This document shows, piece after piece, positions 11,557 through 22,774 of a stretch of DNA of 64,000 nucleotides. The notes under the pieces were generated by a model. That model was not told where the DNA came from. It made no database searches and saw nothing but the letters and a program-made list of their open reading frames with translations. Source of the DNA: Mobula hypostoma (Eukaryota); assembly GCF_963921235.1 (NCBI RefSeq), contig NC_086109.1, forward strand, positions 8,124,001 through 8,188,000. The letters run 5' to 3'. How positions within the stretch are numbered: the first letter of the stretch is position 1; each line of letters starts with the position of its first letter. Position numbers and translations under genes: made by a program.

Positions 11557-12944
11557 ATGAACGATCCGTAGAGAAGGGTGTTGGTGGCGCACTATAATCC
11601 ATGTTAATGAGTGCTAACATTATCTTAATGTGCTTCCCTGGGAGGACAAAGGTGAATGTTTAGTATGTTTTCAGCAGATGAAAGAAAACGGTGACTGGGT
11701 GAGGAAGGTTCCCAACAGCTCCTGCCTTGCTAGAATGTGAAGTATTTTTTGAAGGAATGGTGTGTGCTTAAACTGTACGCACGAGCACTCTTCTTTCAGA
11801 GTGGGATTGTTGAGGGGGGAGGGTAGTTGGTGTGGGGATACTTGCTGGGTTATCCTGACTGCTCATGTTTCACACAACACGACTGACTCATCCTGCCATG
11901 CATTGGTAAACAGACCTCGTTTGGAGCTAGCGGCAGGCAGACAAAGCCTCTGAGTCTGCGTGAGTGATGGTGCAACTGGAGACGATGCTATTTAGGGCAA
12001 AGTAAATGCCCTTTCCGCCAGTCACGGTATACCAACTGCTGCTGCTCCTTGGTGTTTCTGACACTTAGACGGGGATTTCTGTGTTTTTCATGTTGTAACA
12101 TGTGCTGTTTTCAATGGATGAGTGCACTGTTGTGTCTATGTGAACATAGGAAAAGTTGTGAAGTGTATTTGTCAAGTTGTAATGCACGCCAGTAACGTGT
12201 GTGTGTTTGTCCTGTGGCAAACCTTGGTACACGTCCTGTATCCCTGTCCACATGTAATTGCATTTGTGAATTTTTAAAGTACCATTTAGATTTGGGAACT
12301 GTCATGTGGTTTGTTTCAAAGGGAACAAGTTAATTTTTCTCTCTCGTTTACCATTGTTTGTACACAGAAGGCCATTGGTGTTTGTAGGAGGGTTCAAAGT
12401 TCAGCAGATTGGTATCTAGCGTTAATATCTCGCTAATTTGGAATTTGCTTTCGTGTGTGGGTGTGTGTGGTTTTAGTACACAGGTTGTGTAGAAACTGGC
12501 TCGATGGAAATGAGGTACTCGGGAATTTTTTTAAAAACTTGCACGGGGAGGGTTACTGGAGTTATAATAAGCGGCAGAAACAGGTGTCTGTAAAACTGCA
12601 GCCGCAGGCGGCTTCCAGACCCTCTGCTGAGTGACTCACCCTGGGTCCCTGTGTGCATTACCATTTGCAGCTACCTTCCCCAGCACTCGTGTGTCAGCGT
12701 GCCAATTTGGCCGTGTGGTCCGAGGGGGAAAGGAGAGAGCTCTGGCTGGCCTCAGTGGTGTCCATTCCAATACCACCTGTTGGCTAGACCAACCAACTTC
12801 TGTTCATGTGTGCCCTTGAAGGATAATTGCAGTTCTGATTACCCAGCAACAGGAAGGATTCGGGATCGTTTATTCGATTCCTCAGTGCTCGAGTGTGAAA
12901 GAGACCGAAATGATTGTTACTCTGGATTGGGTGCAGCATAAAAA

Positions 12945-13111
12945 TAAGAATCAGAACCAGGTTTAACATCACTGGCATATGTTGTGAAGATTGTTAACTT
13001 TGCGGCAGCGGTACAATGCATTACGTGATAATGCAGGGACTAAAAGCTGTAAATCACAGTAAGTGTATCTCTGTGTGTGTGTGTGTGTGTGGATATGTAT
13101 GTATGTGTATG

Positions 13112-13144
<33 letters not shown>

Positions 13145-13575
13145 ATATGTATATATATGTAAAATAGCTAATTTAAATAAGTAGTTCAAAAACAGAAATA
13201 AAAAAAGTAAGGAGGTAGTGTTTATGGGTTCAATGTCCATTCAGGATTCGGATGGCAGAGGGGAAGAAGCTGTTCCTGAATCATTGAGTGTGTGCCTTCA
13301 GGCTTCTGTACCTCCTCCTGGTAGTAATGAGAGGAGGGGATGTCCTGGGTGATGGGTGTCCTTCATAATGGGCGCTGCCTTTCTGATGCTCCGCTCCTTG
13401 AAGATGTCCTGGATACTATGGACACCAGTGCCCATGATGGAGCTGACTGAGTTTACAACTCTCTGCAGCTAATTTCGACCCGCCCCCCCCAATACCAGAC
13501 AGTGGAGCAGCCAGTTTCACAAAATTTCAGATTTCACGACATGCTGGTGATATTGAACCTCCTCCTGTCTCCACG
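12945..13575 (-). mobile_element. Rex1/Babar LINE 3' fragment with internal (GT)/(AT) microsatellite
   Basis: Tail aatcagaaccaggtttaa and body gaagaagctgttcctgaa...ctgtacctcctcc, shared with many copies in the window. Confidence 0.7.
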
Positions 13576-14194
13576 GTACAGTTGTAGAAATTTTGGAGTG
13601 TTTTGATGATGATAGCTGGTGCTTCGTTGCGAAGATCAGGAGGGAAGAAGAGTGCTCAGGAGGGACGGCACGGTCCTTAACGACTATAGAGGCCAGTTCT
13701 GGATCTGCAGACTGGAGCAGTACGGACATCAGAACACCCGGGATGCAGGCACTTGGGCAGAAGAGTCCTTCCTCAGTGTTTTAATATAGTAAAAACACAA
13801 TAAGCATTAAAAACACAAAATATTGAGTGTGGCTGTATATACATAAGATTTGCTGATAAACAGATGATTGCATGAACTTAAAGTGACACTTGGTGCATGA
13901 GTGTCTGATCATGAGATGTCTCTGACAGGAAATGATGAAGTGGCTGATGTGGATGTAGAGCCAGTGGGTTTTGGTGGGTGGAGATGTTGATCGGCCCGCC
14001 AGCTTGGGGGAAGTAATTATTTCTGAGTTCAGGACTCCAGGCGTGGTAGTAGTCTTTTCCTTGAATGTCATTAGGCTGGAGAAGGTACGGAAAATATACA
14101 TGAGGATGATACCGGGACAGGAGGGCTTGAGTTCTGAGGAGAGTCTGGATAGGGTGGGGCCTTTTTTCCCAGAGTGTAGGGTGCTGATGGTTGA

Positions 14195-14510
14195 CTGGAC
14201 CTCTTCAGCTTGTCACCTTGCAGTTTCTCCCTTAATTCCCCTCTCTCTCCCGTCCACCTTCCCCTTTACCTGGTTTCACCTGTCACCTGCCAGCTTGTAC
14301 TCCTTCCCCTTCCCTCCCTCCCCACACCTTCCCCTTCCCTCCCTCCCCACACCTTCTTATTCTAGGTTCTTCTCCCTTCCTTTGCAGTGCTGATGAAGGG
14401 TGTCGGCCTGACACGTCCTCTCAGTGGATGCTGCCTGACCTGCTGAGTTCCTCCAGCATTTTCTGTGTGGATCTGGATTTCCAGCACTGGCAGAGTCTCT
14501 TGTGTTTATG
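14195..14510 (+). mobile_element. Penelope pseudo-LTR with mutated hammerhead core
   Basis: CTGATGA-AGGGTGTCGGCCT-GACA (GAAA changed to GACA) at about 14390-14413, then gatgctgcctgacctgctgagttcctccagc. Confidence 0.75.
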
Positions 14511-14999
14511 ACTTCATAGATCCAGAAGCGCACAGATAAGGTGGATGTTCAGTCTATTTTGCAGGGTAGAGCATAAGTTAAAGGTGAGAGGTGAAAGATT
14601 TAAAGGGGTCCTTTAAAGACTTCACACGGTGGGCGGAGAGTATGTGGAAAAGCAGTTGGAGAAAGTGAAAATCCAGATGTGGGCCCGCTGGGGTAGCTGA
14701 AGGCCCAGTGCCTGCTTGTCCAAGGCTCGAGACGGAAGAGGGCGGACTGTCTTGGGCTTAGAAGACTGTGTATGTGAGAGGGTGGGAGGGAGGAATTGGG
14801 GCTTGTCTTGCTGTTGTTGTTTCATTGATGGTTGTGTTCTGTGTTGTTCTGCCGAGCATTGTGGGCACTGGAAGCATGGTCACGCTTGTGGGCTGCCTCC
14901 AGCACGCCCTCGGTGTGTTGGCTGTTAACGCAAACGATGCATCTCACTGTATGTTTCCATGTGCTCATGATAAATAAACATGAACCTTTATAACATTAT

Positions 15000-15303
15000 A
15001 GGCATCCGTGAGTCTCGTGGGACCATGGATTTGCGTCTTGGAAGGTTTCCAGGGCGCAGGCCTGGGCAAGGTTGTATGGAAGACCAGCAGTTGCCCATGA
15101 TGCAAGTCTCCTCTCTCCTCTCCATGCCACCGATGTTGTCCAAGGGAAGGGCATTAGGACCCATACAGCTTGGCACCGGTGTCGTCGCAGAGCAATGTGT
15201 GGTTAAGTGCCTTGCTCAAGGACACACACGCTGCCTCAGCCAAGGCTCAAACTAGCGACCTTCAGATCACTAGACGAACGCCTTAACCACGTGGCCACGA
15301 GCC
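15000..15303 (-). mobile_element. CORE-like SINE family A, second copy
   Basis: Colinear with and highly similar to 2930-3236. Confidence 0.85.
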
Positions 15304-15304
15304 A

Positions 15305-15805
15305 CAGAGAAGCACGGAGGAACACCTGGAGTAACTTCTGAAATGCCTGCTTCGCGGCCACTGTTACTGTGCGATTGAGAATCTCCTGAGACGAAGGCCC
15401 CAAATCCTCGGCTTTGCGTATCGCCTGTTGCCGGGGCCGGGGTCGAAGCGCTTGGCAGAGATGGTGCTCGGTGTCGAAGGCGCGGAGTTGGACTGTGGTC
15501 GGATACTTCCAGGATGCTGCATCAGCAAGTTGGCAGTGCTGGAGGTTTACCGTCTGCGTGAGATGATGGGACTTCCAAGAGACTTTGAGACTTTTACTGT
15601 GCCATAGTCTGTTCTTATCAAATTATGGTATTGCTTTGCACTGTTGTAACTACATGTTATAATTATGTGGTTTTTGTTAATTTTTAAGTTGGTTTGTCAT
15701 GTGTTTCCGTGATATCATTCTGGAAAAACAGTGTCATTTCTTAATGCATGCATTACTAAATGACAATAAAAGAGGACTGCATGTCCTCGTAATCTAATCT
15801 AATCT
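15305..15805 (+). mobile_element. Retroposon 3' end with (ATCTA)n tail
   Basis: Homologous to 8183-8722; ends gacaataaaagaggactgcatgtcctcgtaatctaatctaatct. Confidence 0.65.
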
Positions 15806-16214
15806 GAAAATTTCACTATTCAACAATTAACCACTAGAATTCCACTGACCAGTGCAACACAGTAAATGAGATTGCTTATTGATCTATGAGACTACTTTAA
15901 ATTCAAAGATTCAAAGGTCCAATTTAATGTCAGAGAAATGTATGCATGATATATCCTGAAATGCTTTTGCTTGGCAAACATCCACGAAAACAGAGGAGTG
16001 CCCCAAAGAATGAACGACAGTTAAACGCAAGAACCCTGAAGTCCCCCCCCCAGCTCCCCTCCCTCCCCACGTGTGAGCAGCAGCAATCAACGATCCCCTC
16101 TCCAAAATAATATAATAATCATTGTACTGTACCTGTACCTCGCCATAGTTGTGCACATGACGGTAAATGGAATTTCACTAACTTGGGATATTGCTTTCAG
16201 TTCCGGTTGCCCCT

Positions 16215-16675
16215 TTATAGGAAGAATGTGGAAGTTATGAAGAGAGTGCAGAGGAGATTTACCAGGATGCTGCCTGTCTCATGAGGAAAGGCTGAGCAAG
16301 CTGGGGCTTTTCTCTTTGGAGCGAAGGAGGGCGAGAAGCCACTTAATAAGAGGTGTACAAGATGACAAGAGGCGTAGAACGCGTGGACAGCCAGGCGTGT
16401 TCCCACGGCGGAAAGGGCTAGTATGAGGGGGGAATAATTTGAGGGTGATTGGAGGAAAGTCAGAAGTAGTTAGGTTCTTTGCACAGAGGGCGGTAGGTGT
16501 GGTAGAATGTGCTGCAACAGGTGGTGATAGCAAATACACTGGGGACATTTAATAGACTCTTAGACATGTGGATGAAAGAAAAATGGAGGTGTATGTGGGA
16601 GAAAGTTTGGACTGATCTTAGAGTAGGTTAAAATGCCAGCACAACATCGTGGGCTGAATGGCCTCATCTGTATTC
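16215..16675 (+). mobile_element. CR1 3' fragment, decayed
   Basis: YRKNVEVMKRVQRRFTRMLP motif and CR1 3' stem-loop gggctgaatggcct. Confidence 0.75.
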
Positions 16676-17177
16676 TAACCAGCAGGTTCTTGAACCAACC
16701 TCCACAATCCTAACCCTGTCTCAGCAATGGAACACAATGTCTCCTGCATCACCAAGGATTTCACTCATTTGCATTGATGACTTGATAGGAGTCCTGGATC
16801 TTGGGCAAGGCTTAATCGATGCAGTTTGAGGATTGACTCTGTAGTTCACATAATGATGTGTTTCTGGTTTCTGAATATGCCTGGACTCTCGAGATGACTT
16901 TTATGGGTTGATGTTTTACCCTCTGTTTTCCTGCTCTTTTTTTTGCTGTTTGCAATCTTTTGTTTTGTGCGTTATGGGGGCAAGGGGTGTTTGATATTTA
17001 ACTTTCAACAGATTCCATAGTTTTCATTGTTTCGTGGCTGTCTGTGGGGAGACAAATCTCAGGGTTGCATACTGCATACATACTTGGATAATAACTGTAC
17101 TTCGAATCTTTGAATTTGCACAACCTTTTTTTCTTCTCACTCTGATGTAATTTCAAGAATCATGGAGCACTATAGAA

Positions 17178-17476
17178 CAGTTAAAGTTAAAGTCTGTCCC
17201 GAGCCTTGTGGCCCATCAGGCCAGTGCTTGTGCCGGTTTCTGTGGCGTGAAGCGACTGAGAGTACGAGACTTCCCCCTCCCCGCCGGATAGGATGCCAGT
17301 CTACCGCGAGGTTAACCCCCAGCATTTGCCGGTACCCATTTTTCAGCTGGGTGGATTGGAGCAGTGTATAGTTAAGTGCCTTGCTCAAAGGCACAACACG
17401 CTGTCTTGGCCGAGACTCGAACCCACGACCTTCAGATCATGAGCCCAACGCACTAACCACTTGGCCACGTGCCACA
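17178..17476 (-). mobile_element. tRNA-head CORE-like SINE (family B) with a distinct body and (TTTAAC)n tail
   Basis: 10-bp TSD cactatagaa at 17168-17177 and 17477-17486. A box TGGCCAAGTGG, B box GGGTTCGAGTC, then a CORE-like domain and ccacccagctgaaaaatgggtaccggc...gactttaactttaac. Confidence 0.85.
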
Positions 17477-17876
17477 CACTATAGAATAGAGACAGGCCCT
17501 TCAGTCCATCTAGTTGGATGTGGAATTTGTACCCTTTGCTTTGTCTTTATCCACATGCCTGTGATGCTCCTGCAAACAAGCTTTACATTGTACCTCCAAG
17601 TTAATGTGCCAGACTTGTGCACCATGTGGTTCTTCCATCATTCAGTACAATTATGACTAACCTAGTTATAACCTTCACAACCCTGTGTTTCCCACTAACT
17701 TCTCAGCCCCTTATAAAGCAAGTGTCTATTCCCGTCTTGAAAGCAGTTGAAGGCTCTGCTTACTCTGCTTCTTTGCAATTGGTCTGTTACTTGGTTGGCA
17801 TGGAGATCATGGATCTTATTGACTTCCTTATTCCACATACCGATGAAACTGGAATCAAAGAATGCAAGAATAATGA

Positions 17877-17963
17877 CAGTTCTGTGCAAAAGTCTTAGGC
17901 GCGCGTATATACACACACACATACCACTCACACACATATGCCACACCCACACGCGCGCACACC

Positions 17964-18014
<51 letters not shown>

Positions 18015-18418
18015 ACAGGGTGCCTAAGACTTGCACAGTACTGTACTTGTCAACGTAGAACGAAGGGCGAGTTTGTAAATCTGGCAGGAGCAAAGGGTGG
18101 TGGAGTGTTGCGGGAGGGGTGTGGGACAGATGGCAGAGAAGGAGTGCCAGGGGCAGGGGGATGGCACAGGTACAGACACACCTTTCATTACAGTATGTCT
18201 CTCTAGTGCTTCCTGCTCCTTCCCCTTTTCCCAACCATGATCCCCTTCTCCCTGCCCCCTTCCCACTCTCAGTCCACAATGGAGACCCATATCAGAGTTA
18301 GGTTTATCATCGCTCTCAATGAGATTAGTTCTTTTTGCAGCAGCAGTACTGTGCAATGCATAAAGTTACTACAGTACTGTGCAAAAGTCTTGGATCCTGA
18401 GACCCTTGCACAGGACTG
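17877..18418. mobile_element. Two Tc1/mariner-like mini-MITEs (TIR CAGTACTGTGCAAAAGTCTT) bracketing a repeated internal segment
   Basis: MITE1 17877-18043 is filled with a CA microsatellite and followed by TA. MITE2 18372-18418 is TA-flanked. The intervening DNA recurs inverted at about 41530-41937 next to another such MITE. Confidence 0.65.
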
Positions 18419-19304
18419 TACCTTTGCATGCCCTCCACTGTACTTCAGTGTAGAAAGCCGCGTCTTGCATCAGTGAGTTTTTTTTTTGATGTGCCAGCAG
18501 TTTCTAGTTTGCGCCTCTGAGGAGATGCTGAGAAAAGGCGAGTTTTGGCAGTGACAGAAGATTAGTCTTGTCCAGATGGTTCGAGGAGCAGCCGCCTGTG
18601 TGCAGGAATAAAGTGGTAAGCAGCGAGCGCATCAATTATTTAGCCGCCTGAACTCCTGAGTGTTCAGGTTCAGCTACTCTGTGTTTTTGTTCTGGTGATG
18701 TGCGTGTATATATAGCTCTGAGTTTTCCGTTCTGGGATTTAGTAGATGTTCCAATTCTGGATTAAAACTTGCTTGGTATGAAGGAAGTTGATCCTACGAA
18801 AGCGAAACTTGATTTGCTTGCTGCCTACAGTGTGGGAAGTCAGGGTAAACAATTTGTTATTGAAGTACCTACTTGTCAACGTATACTACCCTGAGATTCA
18901 GCTTCTTGTAGGCATTTACAGGAAAATAAAGAAATATAATAAAATTTGAAAAACTGTATATAAATAAAAAAACTAACAAACCGCTGTGCAAACGAAGATA
19001 AATTGTGCAAAAAATTCTACTCATAGAACACTACAGCACAGAAGTAGGGCCTCCAGCCTGTCTCGTTCATGATGAACCATTAATCGACCTCCACCCGGTC
19101 TCCGTAACCCTCCCATCCATGTATCTATCCAAATCTGATTGCGGAGGGGAAGAAGTTATTGCTAAGTTGTTGAGTGAGAGATTTCAAGCTCCTGTATTTC
19201 CTCCCTGATGGTAGTAATGAGAACGTGGTAATGTCCCAGTGGTGGGGGTCCCTAATGATGATACCGGCTTTTTTTTGAGTCTTATCGCAAGACACAACAA
19301 TCAA

Positions 19305-19893
19305 TCCGAATCAGGTGTAATATCACCAACATATGTCGTGAAATTTGTTGTTATGGGGTAGCAATAGATTGGCAGAGACTAGGAAGCTGTTTCTGAATCA
19401 TTGAGGGTGTGTCTTCAGGCTCATGTACCTCCTCCCTGATGGTAGCAGTGAGAAGAGGGCATGTCCTGGGTGATGGGGGTCCCGAATGATGGATGCTGCC
19501 TTTCTGAGGCACCACTTGTTGAAGATGTCCTGGTGCTGGGGAGGCTAGTGCCCGTGAAGGAGCTGGCAGAGTTTACAACTCACTGCAGCTTATTTCGATA
19601 CTGTGTAGTGCCCGCTCCCCATACTAGATGATGATGCAGTCAATTAGAATGCTCTATGGTACATCTGTAGAAACTTACAAGCATCTTTGGTGACATACTA
19701 AATCTCCTCAAACTCCTAATGAAATATAGCCACTGCCGTGCTTTCTTTGTAACTGCATCAATATGTTGCGCCCAGGTTAGATCCTCAGAGATCTTGACAC
19801 GCAGGAACTTGAAATTGCTCATTCTTTCCACTTCTGATCCCTCTATGAGGACTGGTGTGTGTTTCCTCATCTTACCCTTTTTGAAGTCCACAA
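19305..19893 (-). mobile_element. Rex1/Babar LINE 3' fragment
   Basis: Minus ORF SEVERMSNFKFLRVKISEDLTWAQHIDAVTKKARQWLYFIRSLRRFSMSPKMLVSFYRCTIE. Confidence 0.8.
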
Positions 19894-20147
19894 TGATAGA
19901 GGCATGATAGAGGTATACAAGATATTAAGAGGAATAGATAGAGTGGACAGCCAGCGCCTCTTCCCCAGGGCACCACTGCTCAGTACAAGAGGACATGGCT
20001 TTAAGGTAAAGGGTGGGAAGTTCAGGGGGGACATTAGAGGAAGGTTTTTTTACTCAGAGAGTAGTTGGTGCGTGGAATGCACTGCCTGAGTCAGTGGTGG
20101 AGGTAGATACACTAGTGAAATTTAAGAGACTACTAGACAGGTATATG
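19894..20147 (+). mobile_element. CR1 3' fragment
   Basis: MIEVYKILRGIDRVDSQRLFPRAPLLSTRGHGFKVKGGKF. Confidence 0.8.
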
Positions 20148-20622
20148 AGGAGTTGGTGTTTCTGACTGCTGTGCATTATCAAATATTTCTTTCTCACTGA
20201 AAGTCCCTTTCTAGGTAGTAGCATTGCCTCAACTGACAGCTGCTTGGCAGGTATTACATTTTTTTCCCAGTGATAAACCTAGAAAAAAGGGCTTACTTCC
20301 CATCCTCGGGAAATGAACCGCTTGATGGTCTTCCACAGATATTCTATTTCTGATTGCCACCAACAGGTTACCAGATGCAGTAAACTCAGTTCCTCATTTT
20401 AAACTTCTGACCAGATAATTCCTTGGTCCAACATCGTTTTGTTGCACTCATGAATTCGGACAGTCCACTCAATCCACATCTACCTAACTGGTCAACAAAC
20501 TATGATTACAGTTCATTGAGTAGCTGCCATCCAATTAAACTGTTTTTCAGCATATTTTTAATTCCTCAGATATTTATTTTCATGGAATTATTGAACTGGT
20601 TTTTCCCCTGGGTAATTAAAAA

Positions 20623-20770
20623 TTTGGAAGAAATTCCTTTTTACTTGCACCTTAAATAGGAAACACCTATATGTGAAGGGCGGGGGTGGGGGGTTTCTGG
20701 AACTTGGGGCATATTTTCAGAGTTAGGTGTTTCCTATTTAAGGTGCAAGTAAAAAGGAATTTCTTCCAAA
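20623..20770. repeat. Perfect 47-bp inverted repeat with 54-nt spacer
   Basis: 20623-20669 (tttggaagaaattcctttttacttgcaccttaaataggaaacaccta) is the exact reverse complement of 20724-20770. Confidence 0.95.
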
Positions 20771-21090
20771 CTTTTAAAATCTTTGGAAGTCAATTCCCAA
20801 TAGAGCTAGAGAGGTGATCAGTGAATATAGTCAACGTTGAGGGAGCATAGAACACATTGTGCTGACCTTACAGCCTACTCCAAGATTGATCTAGCACTTA
20901 CCTCTTGCATAGCTGTCCATTTTTCTGTCTTCCATCTGCCTATCTTTAAGAGTTTCTTAAATGTTCCTTGTGTATCTGCCTCTACTGCCAACCCTGGCAG
21001 GGTAATCCACACATCCACCATTCACTGTATAAAGAACTTACCTCTGCCTGCATCCCCCCCCCCCCACACTTTCCCCCAGTCACCTTAAAA

Positions 21091-21169
21091 CAGGGATTCC
21101 CAATCTTTTTCATGCTACGCACCAAAGCCATTAAGCAAGGGGTCATGGACCCCAGGTTGGAAACCCCTG
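21091..21169. mobile_element. About 80-bp hAT (Charlie-like) MITE
   Basis: TIRs cagggattcccaatc / ggttggaaacccctg; perfect 8-bp TSD ccttaaaa. Confidence 0.85.
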
Positions 21170-21429
21170 CCTTAAAATTATACCCCCCCCCCCCCCAGTA
21201 TTAGCCATTTCTGTTCTTTTCTGTTCTTAGAAAGAGTCTCTGGCTATCCACTTGATCTATCCTCCTTATCATCTTGTACACCTCCATCACGTCTCCGCTC
21301 ATCCTTCTCCAATGAGAAAAAGAGATATTTGCATTAAAGAGGAATTGAGGATTGGGTGAACTGGGCGGGAAAGAAGAGTTGAGATCAAGGTCAAATTTGA
21401 AGCCCTGATCTTGGAGAGTAGAGCTGGCT

Positions 21430-22110
21430 CCAAAGTTCAGAGTAAATTTATTATCAAAGTACATATATGTCACCATTTATGACCCTGAGATTGTGGACGT
21501 AATAGATCTATAGCATAATAACCAATACAGAATCAATGAAAGGTCGCCCAGCTCAGGTGTTCAGCCAGTTTGCAGAAGACAACAAACTGCAAGTGCAATT
21601 AGAAAGAAACAGTATTAATAAATACACAAGCAAAAAATATTGAGAACGTGATTTGAAGAGCCCTTGGAAGTGAGCCCATAGGTTGTGGGAACATTTCAGT
21701 GATGGAGCAAGTGAAGTTATCACCTTTGGTTCGAGAGCCTGATGGTTGAGGTATAGTAAGTGTTCCTGAACCTGGTGATGTGAGTCCTGAGGCTCCCGTA
21801 CCTTCTTCATGACGGCAGCAGTGAAAAGAGAGCATGACCTGGGTGGTGGGGGTCCCTGACGATGGAAGGTGCTTTCCAGCGACAGCATCACACGTTCACC
21901 CCAAGAATCACGTGTTCGAATTCTGCTCCTGTTTCAGAATCAGAATCAGGTTTAATATCACTGACATACACTGTGTGGTGAAATTTGTTGTCCTGGGCGA
22001 TGGGGGTTCTTAATGATGGATGCCTCCTTTTTGAGACATCACCTTTTGAACGTACTCTCGATGCTAGTGCCCATAACAGAACTGGCTAAAACCACAACTC
22101 TCTGCAGCTT
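21430..22110 (-). mobile_element. Rex1/Babar-derived 3' fragments (two)
   Basis: Tails caaagttcagagtaaatttatt and cagaatcagaatcaggtttaat, with family body motifs. Confidence 0.65.
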
Positions 22111-22234
22111 TTCTCATGTTTGAAGTACTTAATTCTTGAACCTTATTTTGCCTTAGAACAGTGAACTGTCAACCTGATTAACATGCCACACTCTTCCTTA
22201 CAGGCGTTCCTCAGAGGTTTCTCTACAGGAAGAC

Positions 22235-22403
22235 ATGAAGGACTCGAGACCCGTTGGTCATTGCTAGTCTGCTACTGCCGTATTATGGACACTCCTACGA
22301 CATCTACAGCCGGGGAAGTTGGACTCTGCTGATGTTTCTGTTGCTGCCCAGAAACCCAGAAGCCAATCTGAAATCTGCAAACTTTGCTTGGAGTGGTTGG
22401 TAA
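22235..22403 (+). promoter_or_regulatory. Three consecutive uORFs in the putative 5'UTR
   Basis: ATG22235-TAG22267 (MKDSRPVGHC), ATG22285-TGA22332 (MDTPTTSTAGEVGLC) and ATG22332-TAA22403. The last two overlap as TGATG. Confidence 0.5.
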
Positions 22404-22472
22404 GACGGCGGTACCTGGCCTTGGGTATTTCCAATCTTCAGCTTGTGTGAGTTTTAATTTCTGAGGACAAAA

Positions 22473-22668
22473 ATGACTAATAATGCTGCAGGCCACCACC
22501 CCGGCAACTCTGTTGCCGAGGGCAACCATGAGGGTGAATTTGGCTGCACGGTTGCAGAACTGCGATCCCTTATGGAACTGCGATCCGGAGAAGCAGTAAA
22601 TAAAATACATGAAACTTATGGTGATGTCCAGGACATCTGCAGAAGGTTAAAATCTTCTCCAATAGAAG
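22473..22668 (+). CDS. ATP2B4: Plasma-membrane Ca2+-transporting ATPase (PMCA, most like PMCA4), first coding exon
   Basis: Translates as [66 protein letters not shown], which matches the PMCA N-terminal motif FGCT..ELR.LMELR......I...YG.V..IC.RLK.SP.EG. It ends at AAG|GTAGGA (GT at 22669) after 65 codons + 1 nt, the phase-1 boundary typical of ATP2B genes. The MTN start resembles PMCA4 more than the MGDM start of PMCA1-3; the paralogue call is less certain than the family call. Confidence 0.88.
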
Positions 22669-22774
22669 GTAGGAAGAATGTGTCTGTGTCTATGCAACTT
22701 TTCTCTTGTATACATATCTTTCCTAAATTATTTTCACTTTATCTTTTACCTTAATCAATTTTTTGGCAATTCGT

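Larger units (their letters stand above)
22204..22668 (+). other. ATP2B4: Putative full exon (5'UTR part plus CDS start) of the ATP2B gene
   Basis: A pyrimidine tract and acceptor ctcttccttacag end at 22203; an alternative AG lies at 22227-22228 (ctctacag). The sequence up to the ATG at 22473 is unique and non-repetitive. Confidence 0.6.

Noticed and set aside
13590..13790. CpG-retaining segment with short open frames
   Set aside because: No recognisable protein motif or convincing splice-site pair; left unassigned.
22669..22754. C-terminal extension of the 93-aa PMCA ORF (RKNVSVSM...)
   Set aside because: It is intron read-through after the GT donor at 22669; PMCA similarity stops at SPIEG.
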